Source of the DNA: a virus
Length of the DNA: 64,000 nucleotides
IMG/VR virus record: IMGVR_UViG_3300033145_001324
Coordinates: 6,059 to 70,058 of that record
Strand: one strand, 5' to 3'
Under the pieces are notes generated by a model. It had not been told where the DNA came from. It saw nothing but the letters and a program-made list of their open reading frames with translations, and ran no database searches. The position numbers were made by a program, and so were the translations under genes. Shown here piece after piece: positions 18,669 to 28,758 of the stretch (positions are counted from its first letter, which is position 1; the number at the start of each line of letters is the position of its first letter).

Positions 18669-18911
18669 TATTGAAAGATAAAAAAGGGAGGTAGGAAATG
18701 AAAAATTTACAAGATAAAGAATTATTAGAATTAGATAATGAATATAGCGACTTATATGTTTATCTTGAACAGAAACTTGGCAAAGATGTTAATAAACTAA
18801 ATCAAATACTTGAAATCGAAGTAGAGCTAACCCTAAGAGGAAATAATTAAAAAATAACTAAGAAAAAGTTAGAAATATAAAAAACTATTTTCAAACTTAA
18901 ATAAAAAATGG

Positions 18912-19292
18912 ATGAAAGAACATCCTTGGTATCGAGCTTACGCTGGAGCATTGACAAGATGTAATAATATAAAAGCCGATAGTTATAAATATTACGGAGG
19001 AAGAGGTATATCTTTTAAGTTAACTACACAAGAATTTAAAATACTATGGTTGGAATTTACAGACAAAACTGGCGAAGATTTAAAGAAGTTTATGAGTTAT
19101 TTACCAAATCCTAAAATAACAGGACATTATGGGGAGGAAACGATTACAGAAATAGAGTGTTTTGATATTTTCGAAGCAATAGATATAAAAAGTGCTAAAT
19201 CTGTAATAAAAGAAGATTATTATGAAGGAGAAATATTTACTATGTTTAATGCAAAAACAAGAGAGAGATTGTTTACAGAGGAGGATTGTTGA
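18912..19292 (+). CDS. Chimera: HNH endonuclease N-terminal fragment fused to unrelated C-terminus
   Basis: PW...A..RCNN...SYKYYGGRGI...F..LW without the downstream DR..N..GY..N catalytic core. Confidence 0.55.
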   Translation: MKEHPWYRAYAGALTRCNNIKADSYKYYGGRGISFKLTTQEFKILWLEFTDKTGEDLKKFMSYLPNPKITGHYGEETITEIECFDIFEAIDIKSAKSVIKEDYYEGEIFTMFNAKTRERLFTEEDC

Positions 19293-19826
19293 TGAATTTC
19301 CATATTGACAATAATTATAGAACAGTAATAAGACTTATTTTTAAATTATATCCGCAAATACATCAAGAATTGGTGCAAGATTTACACGATTGGTTAGACG
19401 GAGAATATGATTTTCCTAAGACTAAAGAATTAAAATCTTTAATTTTGGATATATCAAAAGGATAATAAAATGCGATTATTAAAAAAATATAAAATTACTT
19501 ATATTAAAAAATTAAGAATTGGTGGAGCTAAAGTTTATAGGTGTGATTGCGGACAAAGATTTACTGTTCCTATTGATAAAGAAGAAGTTAAATGTCTATA
19601 TTGTGGACGAGAGGAGAGATAAAAAGATGAGAAATATATTATATTATCTTATATGTTTCATAGCAATTATATTAGGATTATTTATTATTTGGTTGATAGG
19701 GTGTGCATTTATTGAAGTATTGGAACGTATAAGTATAGGTTATATTTTGAGTGCGGAGTATAATCATTTGGTTTAGTTGAAAGAAATAGTGTATACTTAA
19801 AATGAAAGAACAAACAGGAGGATTTA

Positions 19827-20141
19827 ATGACTAAGAAAAAGTTAGGAAGATTTTTTGATGATATAGATTTAGGAAAAGAAGTTAAATTTACAGAAGAAGA
19901 ATTTGATATATTCGAAAACTTTGAATGGGCGATACTTTATGACAATGGATTAAAAAATATAAATGGAGGGTATTCAAGTCTTATTGTATATGATGAAGAA
20001 AACGATTATGATGATGAGGATAAAGAAATATCTTATCTTTTATGTGAAGCAGAATGTGGAACGCAGGATTGTGGAGGAGGTCATTCAAGTAACGATAAAT
20101 GGACTTTGAAATATGACAGAAGTAATAAAAAATTCATTTAA
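19827..20141 (+). CDS. Acidic hypothetical protein
   Basis: ORF track; AGGAGG RBS; D/E-rich. Confidence 0.65.
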   Translation: MTKKKLGRFFDDIDLGKEVKFTEEEFDIFENFEWAILYDNGLKNINGGYSSLIVYDEENDYDDEDKEISYLLCEAECGTQDCGGGHSSNDKWTLKYDRSNKKFI

Positions 20142-20301
20142 ACAAAGGAGAAATTGTTATGAACATTGAAGATATGACTAATGAACAACTTATAGATAAG
20201 GAAAAAGAAATATTTGAAAAATGGGCTTTCACAGGGAAAGTGTGTTTGGCGGAATATGCTGATGTTGTAAGAGAATTAACTCTTAGAGAGGAAGACCCAA
20301 A

Positions 20302-20643
20302 ATGAAAATCGGAGATAAAGTATGGATTAAAGATGGTAATCATAGAGTATATGAAAAAGGAAGCAATGCTCCTATATACAGAGAATATTTTGTTGAACGT
20401 TATATTATAGGAGAAACTACTCAAAGTTGGATATTGGGGTATTACGAAGACAGCTTGGTGAAACATGGAAGCAAATATAAAAAGAGAGCTGAATTAAAAT
20501 CAATTTATATATCTTTACAAGAAGTTAATGACGAATGTTGGAGAGATAAGAATTGCTATCGTATTGCGGAATTAGTAAAAAGATGTTACAATGTTAAAAT
20601 ATTAAAAGATATTGAAAATATGCTTGTTAAAAAGGATTATTAA
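20302..20643 (+). CDS. Beta-barrel hypothetical phage protein
   Basis: MKIGDKVWI.D.N.RVY...I.GET..SWI pattern. Confidence 0.6.
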   Translation: MKIGDKVWIKDGNHRVYEKGSNAPIYREYFVERYIIGETTQSWILGYYEDSLVKHGSKYKKRAELKSIYISLQEVNDECWRDKNCYRIAELVKRCYNVKILKDIENMLVKKDY

Positions 20644-20647
20644 ACTT

Positions 20648-21661
20648 ATGTATATCAAAAAGAAAAAATTAACTAAAAAATTCTTGCTCAATAATTATAT
20701 AAAAAAGAAGAAATCTACAACTGATATTGCCAAAATGACAAAAAGAGTGGCTTCTTCAATACATTATAATTTGGAAAAATTTGGTATAAAAAAGAGAACT
20801 CGGGAAGAAGGTATTAGATTGGTCGGAGGGAAAATCAGCAAAAAAATGAAAGGAAGAATATTTTCTAAACAACATCTAACAAGACATCAAAAAGCTATGG
20901 AACAATTTAGAAAAACGGAATGGCAAGCAATTAAAGATGGCTCTATATATCAATGGAAAAAATGGAAAACTTTTAAAGAAAAAATAATGAAACAGGATAA
21001 CTATAAATGTGTAGTATGTGGCAAAAAAGCTAACACCATTCATCATAAAAAGAAGAAAGAAAAGTTTCCTGAATTATGTTGGAGAAGAAGAAATGTAATA
21101 AGTGTTTGTCAATCTTGTCATACGAAAATAGATAATCCTAATTCTCCTAAAAACAATACTCAAATAAGAATGATAAGAAGCTTAAAAGCTAAAGAACTAC
21201 AACTAAAAAAACAAATAACATATTATAAATCTAAAAGTCTAATTGATGATTTAACTAAAATTTACAATTACAGAAAATTGCATAGAGATATTAAGAAATA
21301 TAAAGCAAAACAAAAAAGATATAGCATTAATTACTTGATTGTATTAATAGATATAGACCATTTTAAAAAATTTAATGATAAATTTGGTCATAAATTTGGA
21401 GATAAGATTTTAATAAAAACTGCTAAAATATTAAAAAATTCAATCAGACAAGGTGATAATGTATATAGAGAATATAGAGGAGATGAATTTGTTTTGATAT
21501 TAAGCCATTCAAAAAAAGAAGATATACATATTTTAAATAGAATTAGAAAAGAATTAAAAAAGCACGATATAAAAATAAGTATAGGATATAATGAATTATG
21601 TGAAAATGTTTTAGAAATTGCAGACAAAAAAATGTATAACGAGAAGAGGAGGAAGAAATGA
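20648..21661 (+). CDS. HTH/NUMOD-HNH endonuclease fused to GGDEF (diguanylate cyclase-like) domain
   Basis: DNYKCVVCG...HH...NVISVCQSCH; then DDLTKIYN, IDIDHFKKFNDKFGHKFGDKIL, RGDEF, ISIG, ADKKMY. Confidence 0.85.
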   Translation: MYIKKKKLTKKFLLNNYIKKKKSTTDIAKMTKRVASSIHYNLEKFGIKKRTREEGIRLVGGKISKKMKGRIFSKQHLTRHQKAMEQFRKTEWQAIKDGSIYQWKKWKTFKEKIMKQDNYKCVVCGKKANTIHHKKKKEKFPELCWRRRNVISVCQSCHTKIDNPNSPKNNTQIRMIRSLKAKELQLKKQITYYKSKSLIDDLTKIYNYRKLHRDIKKYKAKQKRYSINYLIVLIDIDHFKKFNDKFGHKFGDKILIKTAKILKNSIRQGDNVYREYRGDEFVLILSHSKKEDIHILNRIRKELKKHDIKISIGYNELCENVLEIADKKMYNEKRRKK

Positions 21662-22292
21662 GCAAGGATACTGCGAGGAATTTAAGAGTAATAGAAACAG
21701 ATGAGAATAGATTTATAATATACAATTCACAAGATGAATATGTTTGCGGTGTTAAAGATAACGAAGCCAACGCTAAACGCATAGTGCATTGTGTTAATAA
21801 TTTTGATGAGTTGGTAAACTTGTTAAAAGACATATTAGAATGGGATGGGATTTTACCTCATAGTAAAGTAAGAATAAAACAAGCCATTAAAAATGCAGAG
21901 GTGAAATGATGGATAAATATAAAAAATATCCTGTCCCTAAAAAAGCAAAGGCGGAAAATCAAATATTATATATAATTGCTGGACTTGAGAAGCAAAAACA
22001 AGAACTTTTAGAGACTTGTAAATGGGCTTTAGAATATATTAGAAATAATAGCGTTGGGTGCTTAACAAGATATAATATAGAAGATAAACTTGAACAGGCT
22101 CTTAAAAATGCGGATATAAATTATGAAAGCTTATGAAGCTAGGGAAAAGATTTTGAAAATAGATAAGTGTCCAAAGTGTAATTGTAATGTTGCTGATGAT
22201 TGGGAATATGTCGATTTTAGTAATAAAAATGTAATAGAGTGCCCGCAATGTAACGAACACTTTTTCTTAGAAAAGTAAAAAGCAGAAATTAA

Positions 22293-22451
22293 ATGATTAT
22301 ATTTTGGATAGTTATATGTTACATATCAAGCACTGTAATTTGGGCGTTTATTTTAGCTCAAATAAAATTACAGAATGGAAACTCTCCTATATGGGGAATA
22401 ATAGCTTTTAATTTATTGTGGATAGCGGGTTTGTTGTTAACAAAAATATAA
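22293..22451 (+). CDS. Small two-TM membrane protein (52 aa)
   Basis: Manual translation MIIFWIVICYISSTVIWAFILAQIKLQNGNSPIWGIIAFNLLWIAGLLLTKI. Confidence 0.55.
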   Translation: MIIFWIVICYISSTVIWAFILAQIKLQNGNSPIWGIIAFNLLWIAGLLLTKI

Positions 22452-22461
22452 AGGATAAACT

Positions 22462-23571
22462 ATGTTTTTAATTGTATGGTTATTTATATTTATAGGAATT
22501 CCTACTGCAATTGTATTGGGAATAATTAAAACTTTTAAATTCGTTACTGCTCCTTTATGTAATGAGGAAATAGATATAGAAGAACTTGAAGAAGGAGAAG
22601 AAGGTAAAGATGAGGCTTTAAAGGTTATTATTAAAGATAACAATATAGATACTTCTCGTATAGTAGAATATAATGGAGAGGAAGTAGCGAGCTTTGAGTT
22701 TCGTCCTCAAACGTGGAAACAGTTCATAGCTCAAGATGAAGCAAAGGAAAGAGTTAAAACTATAATCAAAAAAGCAGAGCGTGGAATACGTAGCCATCTT
22801 ATTTTATCAGCAATTAAAGGTCATGGCAAAACTACTTTTATAGAATTATTGGCAAAAGATATGGACGCTCATTTAATCAAGAGAATAGGAAAACAGATTG
22901 ATGAGGATAATCTTGTTGACATTATTAACGAAATTAATACAAGCGAAAGTAAGCACGTGATTTTCTTTATAGATGAAATAGATAGTATGGATTGGAAAGT
23001 TATTAAGGTATTAAATCCTATTATAGAGCAATTTGAAATTGATGGAAAAAGAATTAAACCTTTTACCTTTGCCTGTGCCACTATTAATAAACATATATTG
23101 GTAAAGCAAAATCCTGATACACTTGATAGAATTCCGCACCATATACAATTTAAAAGATATACTTCTGAAGATATTAGCAGAATAATTACACAGTATAAAA
23201 ATCAATTATATGGGGAGGAAATAATTTCAATAGATATATTAAATTCTATATCTAAAAATTGTAAATTTAACCCTCGAACAGCGATTGCGTTATTAGAAGA
23301 TTATGTAGTGGAAAAAAATATTCAAAAAGTATTAAGCAATTGTAACATTATCAAAAACGGATTAAACAGTATAGATGTAAGCATTTTGAAGGTCTTAAAC
23401 GAAAGCAAAAGAGCTATGGGAGCAAATGCACTTAGTATGAGGATTGGACTCGGTCAGAGCCAGTATATGAGCGAATACGAGCCATTTCTGGTGGAGTTTG
23501 GTTTTATAGCAAGGACTCCAAGCAGGGTGATTACAGAAAAAGGAACGAAATTTTTGGAGGAATTAAAATGA
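22462..23571 (+). CDS. ruvB: RuvB-like AAA+ ATPase with N-terminal transmembrane segment
   Basis: RPQTWKQFIAQ, GHGKTT, FFIDEID, FTFACAT, LDR, NPRTA, EPFLVEFGFIARTP; hydrophobic first ~22 aa. Confidence 0.8.
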   Translation: MFLIVWLFIFIGIPTAIVLGIIKTFKFVTAPLCNEEIDIEELEEGEEGKDEALKVIIKDNNIDTSRIVEYNGEEVASFEFRPQTWKQFIAQDEAKERVKTIIKKAERGIRSHLILSAIKGHGKTTFIELLAKDMDAHLIKRIGKQIDEDNLVDIINEINTSESKHVIFFIDEIDSMDWKVIKVLNPIIEQFEIDGKRIKPFTFACATINKHILVKQNPDTLDRIPHHIQFKRYTSEDISRIITQYKNQLYGEEIISIDILNSISKNCKFNPRTAIALLEDYVVEKNIQKVLSNCNIIKNGLNSIDVSILKVLNESKRAMGANALSMRIGLGQSQYMSEYEPFLVEFGFIARTPSRVITEKGTKFLEELK

Positions 23572-23776
23572 AAATAAAAGGAAAGATTATAAAAACACCT
23601 GTTGGGGAATATCAATCACCGCTTAATCCACATTTCAAAGAAATATTATCAAATTGTAACACCGTAGAAGACTTATTTAATATCGTAGAATATCAAGGAT
23701 TTATAGACCCTGACGCTTTTAATGAACTTATAGTAAGGGGATTATGTTCACAATATAAAGAATGGAAAAATAAAAA

Positions 23777-24250
23777 ATGAAAAAGAAAATTCCTTTAAAA
23801 TTTAATAATTACAGTAAAGCTGATAAAATAACTATTTCTAAAATAGGTAAGATAGTAAAAAAAGACTGCATACTTGACGCAAGTGTTGTCCAGTTATGCG
23901 ATTATTATTATGGTAAATATACTATTGAATTAACAAAAAAACAGAAACGAGCCATTTTACAATTAGCAGGAATTAAACATAAACAAAATAAAAAAGAGGC
24001 TGGAGAATGGGCAAAATGTGGAATATTTTATTTAGCTTATGAACAATTAACAAGAAAAAACAAAGCAAAAAAATTAGTAAAAAACAGCGAGAATTGGCAT
24101 TATGAAGGAGATATAAATAAGGTAATGGAATGTGCAGGGGAAATAGTTGCAAATGCGTTTGAGAAAGATAGAGAAGAAAATCAAATAATAAACCATTTAC
24201 GAAATTATTGTAAGGAGATATTAGATGGCTATAATAGACTTATTGATTAA
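23777..24250 (+). CDS. Hypothetical protein
   Basis: ORF track; overlapping stop/start operon structure. Confidence 0.55.
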   Translation: MKKKIPLKFNNYSKADKITISKIGKIVKKDCILDASVVQLCDYYYGKYTIELTKKQKRAILQLAGIKHKQNKKEAGEWAKCGIFYLAYEQLTRKNKAKKLVKNSENWHYEGDINKVMECAGEIVANAFEKDREENQIINHLRNYCKEILDGYNRLID

Positions 24251-25043
24251 ATTTAAAGAGAGTTTAATATTAGATGGGCTTGCGAAAAAAACAATCAGAG
24301 CCTATATATCTTGTATTAATACTCTATCAAATAATATAAATTTTGATGAGATAAATCAAGAAAAAGTTAATCAATTCTTTCTTAATTTAGAAGCTCCTGA
24401 TAATACTGTTAATCAATATAAAAAGGCTCTTATTAAATGGATAAAAGTTTTTGAATTAGATATACATGTTCCTAAGTTTAAACAAGCAGAGCATAAAATA
24501 CCTGAATATTTTAACGAAGATTATTTTCTTGATGACATTATACCTGCAATAGATATATTATTTCAGGACGAGATAAAAGTCAGATGTTTATTTTATTTAA
24601 TGTTTTATACTGGATTAAGAGTGGGAGAAATTGCCAGTTTAAAGAAAAAAGATTTTGATTTAAAAAATAAAAGAATAAACATTCAGAAAAGAAAAGCAAA
24701 AAATCCTATTGTAGTATTTTATCCTCAACAAATGTCAGACCTTATAGAATTACATTTTAACAATACTGCTGGAAATGAAGATGTATTTAATATTAAAGAG
24801 GAAGCTATTAGTTATTATTGTAAAGTATTAAGCGAGAATTTAAATACACATATTACTCCTCATACTTTCAGGCATAGTTTTAGCATTACTTATCTAAAAA
24901 AAGGCGGGAATTCTAAAAATTTACAAGGATTACTTGGACACAAATCAAGAGTTTCTACGTCTATATATGAACAGATGAGCGACGATGATAGGGAAAAGGA
25001 ATTTCGGAAAGTGATGAAAATCAAAAGAAAACCATTGGGGTGA
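24225..25043 (+). CDS. XerC/D-like tyrosine recombinase
   Basis: TGLRVGE, PHTFRHSF, LLGH and ST..Y catalytic motifs; no arm-binding N-terminal domain. Confidence 0.9.
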   Translation: MAIIDLLIKFKESLILDGLAKKTIRAYISCINTLSNNINFDEINQEKVNQFFLNLEAPDNTVNQYKKALIKWIKVFELDIHVPKFKQAEHKIPEYFNEDYFLDDIIPAIDILFQDEIKVRCLFYLMFYTGLRVGEIASLKKKDFDLKNKRINIQKRKAKNPIVVFYPQQMSDLIELHFNNTAGNEDVFNIKEEAISYYCKVLSENLNTHITPHTFRHSFSITYLKKGGNSKNLQGLLGHKSRVSTSIYEQMSDDDREKEFRKVMKIKRKPLG

Positions 25044-25957
25044 TAAACACAAAAAACGTAATACGAAAGTAGGTTTAATAAATATTATTGGTATACTTAT
25101 TTTAAATATATTTTAAACGAAAGGACATCAAATGCGTTGCCCAAAATGTAGACGTATGATGGAGAAAATAGATGACAGTTATTATCTTAGTCGGGGGGCT
25201 TATTTTTATAAATGTAAACATTGTAATTATATTACTGTTTTGATGGTGGATAATAATAAACCATTTGGACAAAATTACGAAATCCCTGCTGATGGCAATA
25301 AAGATTTAGAAGAATGGGTCTTAAAAAAGAAATATCTTATGATGGGTATATTAGAACATAAGAAAATTGTAAAAGAAATGCAAGAAAAATATGGATATGG
25401 TAAGCTTAAAAATGATGATAAATACAATTTATTAATAGATATATATTTATATAATAAAAAGATTGAAGAAAAACAGGAAAGAAAAAATAAAAGAATTGCT
25501 AAGAAAAAGAAAGGAAAAAAAGATGACAAAAGAAACTAAAAAAGAAATTACTCTCAAAGAGCAGATATTCAACCTATTAAAAACACATAAGAAAAGTGGA
25601 GAAGGATTTGGAGATTGTATAGGGTCTTTTTGGGATGATAAATCTATTATGGACTTGGCGGAAATACTTGCTGGTAAAATAGAGGAGGAATAAAATGAAT
25701 ATACAAGAATACAGACCTATGATTGTCATAAGTTTAATCTGTTTAAGTTATTATGCTTTTTGGGTAATTGTTTATAATATAACTGGTTTTTTAAAAGGGA
25801 AAATTAAGATGAAAATGAATTTAAAAAAAGCTATAAAACAAAACAATATATGGTGTAAAAAATGCGGAGTAGAAGCAAATAGTATACATCATAAAAAAAT
25901 GGCAAGATTTGTAAAGTATGTCCATTCAGAGTTAGAAATTGAAAAGGAGGAAATAAA

Positions 25958-26437
25958 ATGAATAAAATAGATAAAGCTCTTAATATAGTATATAATAATT
26001 TACCTTATAAGTATCATATTCCTTTTAAAATTTATAAAACTCCGAAAAAACTTTTACAAGCAGAAGCAAAGGAGGAAGGAAAAAGTTATCAAACGATATA
26101 TAAATTTTATACTCAATATTTTAATAACCCACCTATTAGCAAGTATATAAAAACTAAATATTATGAGCCTTCTGAAATAATAAAAACATCTATCAAAGAA
26201 AATAAATTAACTGCTTTAGATATATCAGGACTTGGGAGTTTTCCTATAAAATTAGTTGAGTCGCATTTATTAGAATTAAAAAAAATTGGTGATATTATTT
26301 TTATGTTGCTACATGAAATAGGTCATCAAGTTTTGGTAAGTGGATATAATTATGATGAAAGAGCTTGCGATTTATTTGCTATAAGATGGATAAAGAAATT
26401 CGTAAATAAAGGTGTAATTAAAAAATATTGGGAGTAA
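25958..26437 (+). CDS. HExxH metallopeptidase-like (IrrE/ImmA-like) protein
   Basis: LLHEIGH ... ERACDLFA. Confidence 0.55.
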   Translation: MNKIDKALNIVYNNLPYKYHIPFKIYKTPKKLLQAEAKEEGKSYQTIYKFYTQYFNNPPISKYIKTKYYEPSEIIKTSIKENKLTALDISGLGSFPIKLVESHLLELKKIGDIIFMLLHEIGHQVLVSGYNYDERACDLFAIRWIKKFVNKGVIKKYWE

Positions 26438-26442
26438 AAATA

Positions 26443-26817
26443 ATGTTGCTTTTAAACTATATAATTCCTAAGAAAAAAACTTTATCCAAAACTATTAGAA
26501 ATAGAGGATTTAATAATTGGAAATTTAAAGTTAAGAGAAAAGATAATTTTACTTGTCAATCATGTGGGAAAAGAAAAAGGATTGAAGCTCATCATATAAA
26601 AGGATTCGGAATAATATTTAAAGAATTTTTAAAGAAATATAAGCAATTTTCACCTAAAAAAGATAGAAACATTTTACTTTATTTAGCAAGAGAATATAAA
26701 CCTTTTTCAGACGTAAATAATGGTAAAACTTTATGCACGGATTGTCATGAAATAATAGAAGAACATAAAGAAGAAATGCTTCTGCCACGACAATTTAAAA
26801 AGGAGATGATGATATGA
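26443..26817 (+). CDS. HNH endonuclease (paralog of C-terminus of 3706..4764)
   Basis: DNFTCQSC..HH..QFSP..YKPF..NNGKTLCTDCH. Confidence 0.8.
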   Translation: MLLLNYIIPKKKTLSKTIRNRGFNNWKFKVKRKDNFTCQSCGKRKRIEAHHIKGFGIIFKEFLKKYKQFSPKKDRNILLYLAREYKPFSDVNNGKTLCTDCHEIIEEHKEEMLLPRQFKKEMMI

Positions 26818-27050
26818 AAAAAAACTTAAACAAAAATGTAGCGGATTTTAGATATATGGGAAGAAAATACGAAGTAGATTTATTACTTGATAGTATAAAA
26901 AATGGTTATGCTACTTATGATATATTTGATGTAACTTATGATAAGAGAGGTGAGTTAAGTGGAAATTTTACATTATATCAACAAGAAGAAAGCGGTTATA
27001 CTGCAAGTGAGATAATAAGAGAAGCTATAAAGGAGTTAAAACATAATTAA

Positions 27051-27300
27051 TAATAATATATAAAGAATATATATTAACATTATTTAGTTATTTTATTAAA
27101 GACATAATAAAGTTACTAAGTATCTTTATATATATAAATAAAGAGTATACTTTACTTTACTATTAATTATTACGTAACGTTATAAGTTATTACTAACGTA
27201 ATAACCAATAACATTACGTAGAAAAGAAAACCATCTTTTCCAAAACTGTTGCAGAATTAACGTTGAGCCTCTGGCTGTATCCACAAAGGGGCGGAAATTG
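27051..27300. other. AT-rich non-coding region, candidate replication origin
   Basis: Low-complexity A/T tract, repeated ACGTA cores, DnaA-box-like GTATCCACA at 27277-27285. Confidence 0.35.
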
Positions 27301-27307
27301 TTTATTA

Positions 27308-27356
27308 AAATAAATCGATTATTTACTTGACTGAGCTATATGAAGTGTGATATAAT
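27308..27356 (+). promoter_or_regulatory. Class A promoter
   Basis: AAATCGATTATTTAC-TTGACT-18 bp-(TGA)TATAAT. Confidence 0.82.
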
Positions 27357-28041
27357 TACAATAGAAGATAAATAACATTTAACTTTGGGGGATTTATGAA
27401 TAGAAGATGTGGAGGAAGTTCACCAGTAAAGGAACAGAAATATAAAAGCCATTTATTAATAGAGCGTCAGAATAAATTAAAAAAATTAGAACGTATATAT
27501 AAACGATTATACAAAGCGAGTTCGAAGGCTGAGAAAGCTGGGAAGGCTCGCTCTTCTTATTTCCATAAGAAGTTTCCGAAACTTGAGAACTATATGAAAA
27601 CAATTGAGCTTAAAAAAATTGTAGGGGCTGAATAAAATGATTAAAATAAAAGAAGATTTATATATTAATCCTGATTTGATAAAATTTGTTTATATTAAAG
27701 CCCCTACCCTAAACAGTTTACGATATACTGTAATGATAGATGATATGGAGATTTATTATTTTACTACCGATAAAGGACAACCTTATACAGAATCACATAA
27801 AAAAGTTAAAGAAATAATTAAATTAATAAACGACTCAAAAACAGAAAAACTTTTTATCCATGCAAAAAATAAAGCTATAGCAATGGGATTAGAAACTGAA
27901 GATTTTTATGTATAAAGGAGATAAACAAAATGACTTGTCCTTTTTGTGGTGAACAAGAATTCGATTTGATAGGATTAAAATATCATTTGTTATATTGTTG
28001 CGAACTTTTTAAAAAAACAGAAAATATAAAGTAGGGTTAAA

Positions 28042-28755
28042 ATGAAACCAAGATGTATCACTTGTGGGAAGAAAATATGGCAGGGGTCAAAACGATGCAA
28101 GTCTTGTGAAAATATAAGAAGACATAGACTTGGAATTGCAAGCAAAGGGAAATATATAGATGGGAGAACTTTAAAAGATTATCATTGTAAAGACTGTGGA
28201 AATCGAATCAGTGATTATAGACATAAGAGATGTAAAAAATGCTCTGCTATGTTTATTAACAAAGATATAATAAGAAAAGATAAATTAATCTATTACTGTA
28301 AAAATTGTAATGGTATTATTGATTATCAATCTGCTTTATATGGACAGGGTAGATGTAAATCTTGCGAAATGAAACATAGATGGCAAGATACAGGATATGC
28401 TATGAGATGTATTAAAAAAAGAAACGAAACCATGAAAATAAAACCAAATTATCCAGAAAAAATATTAGAAAGTTTATTGAACTTATCTTTAAAAAAAGAA
28501 TATAAATATGTAGGAAATGGGAAATTATTTATAAACAGATTCAATCCAGATTTTGTGAATAAAAAAAATAATAAAATAATTGAAATGTATGGTGATTATT
28601 GGCATAATAAACCGAGCTGGAAGAAGAGAGACAAACGTAGGTTGAAAGTTTATAAAGAACATAATTATGAAACTTTAATAATTTGGCAACATGAACTTGA
28701 ATATCCTGAGAAAGTAATTGCTAAAATAATGGAATTTAATTATAATAGGAGATAA
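28042..28755 (+). CDS. Zn-ribbon repeat + Vsr-like (DUF559-type) endonuclease
   Basis: Three CxxC..CxxC units; PNYPE, FNPDF, IIEMYGDYWH, IIWQHE. Confidence 0.8.
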   Translation: MKPRCITCGKKIWQGSKRCKSCENIRRHRLGIASKGKYIDGRTLKDYHCKDCGNRISDYRHKRCKKCSAMFINKDIIRKDKLIYYCKNCNGIIDYQSALYGQGRCKSCEMKHRWQDTGYAMRCIKKRNETMKIKPNYPEKILESLLNLSLKKEYKYVGNGKLFINRFNPDFVNKKNNKIIEMYGDYWHNKPSWKKRDKRRLKVYKEHNYETLIIWQHELEYPEKVIAKIMEFNYNRR

Positions 28756-28758
28756 CCA

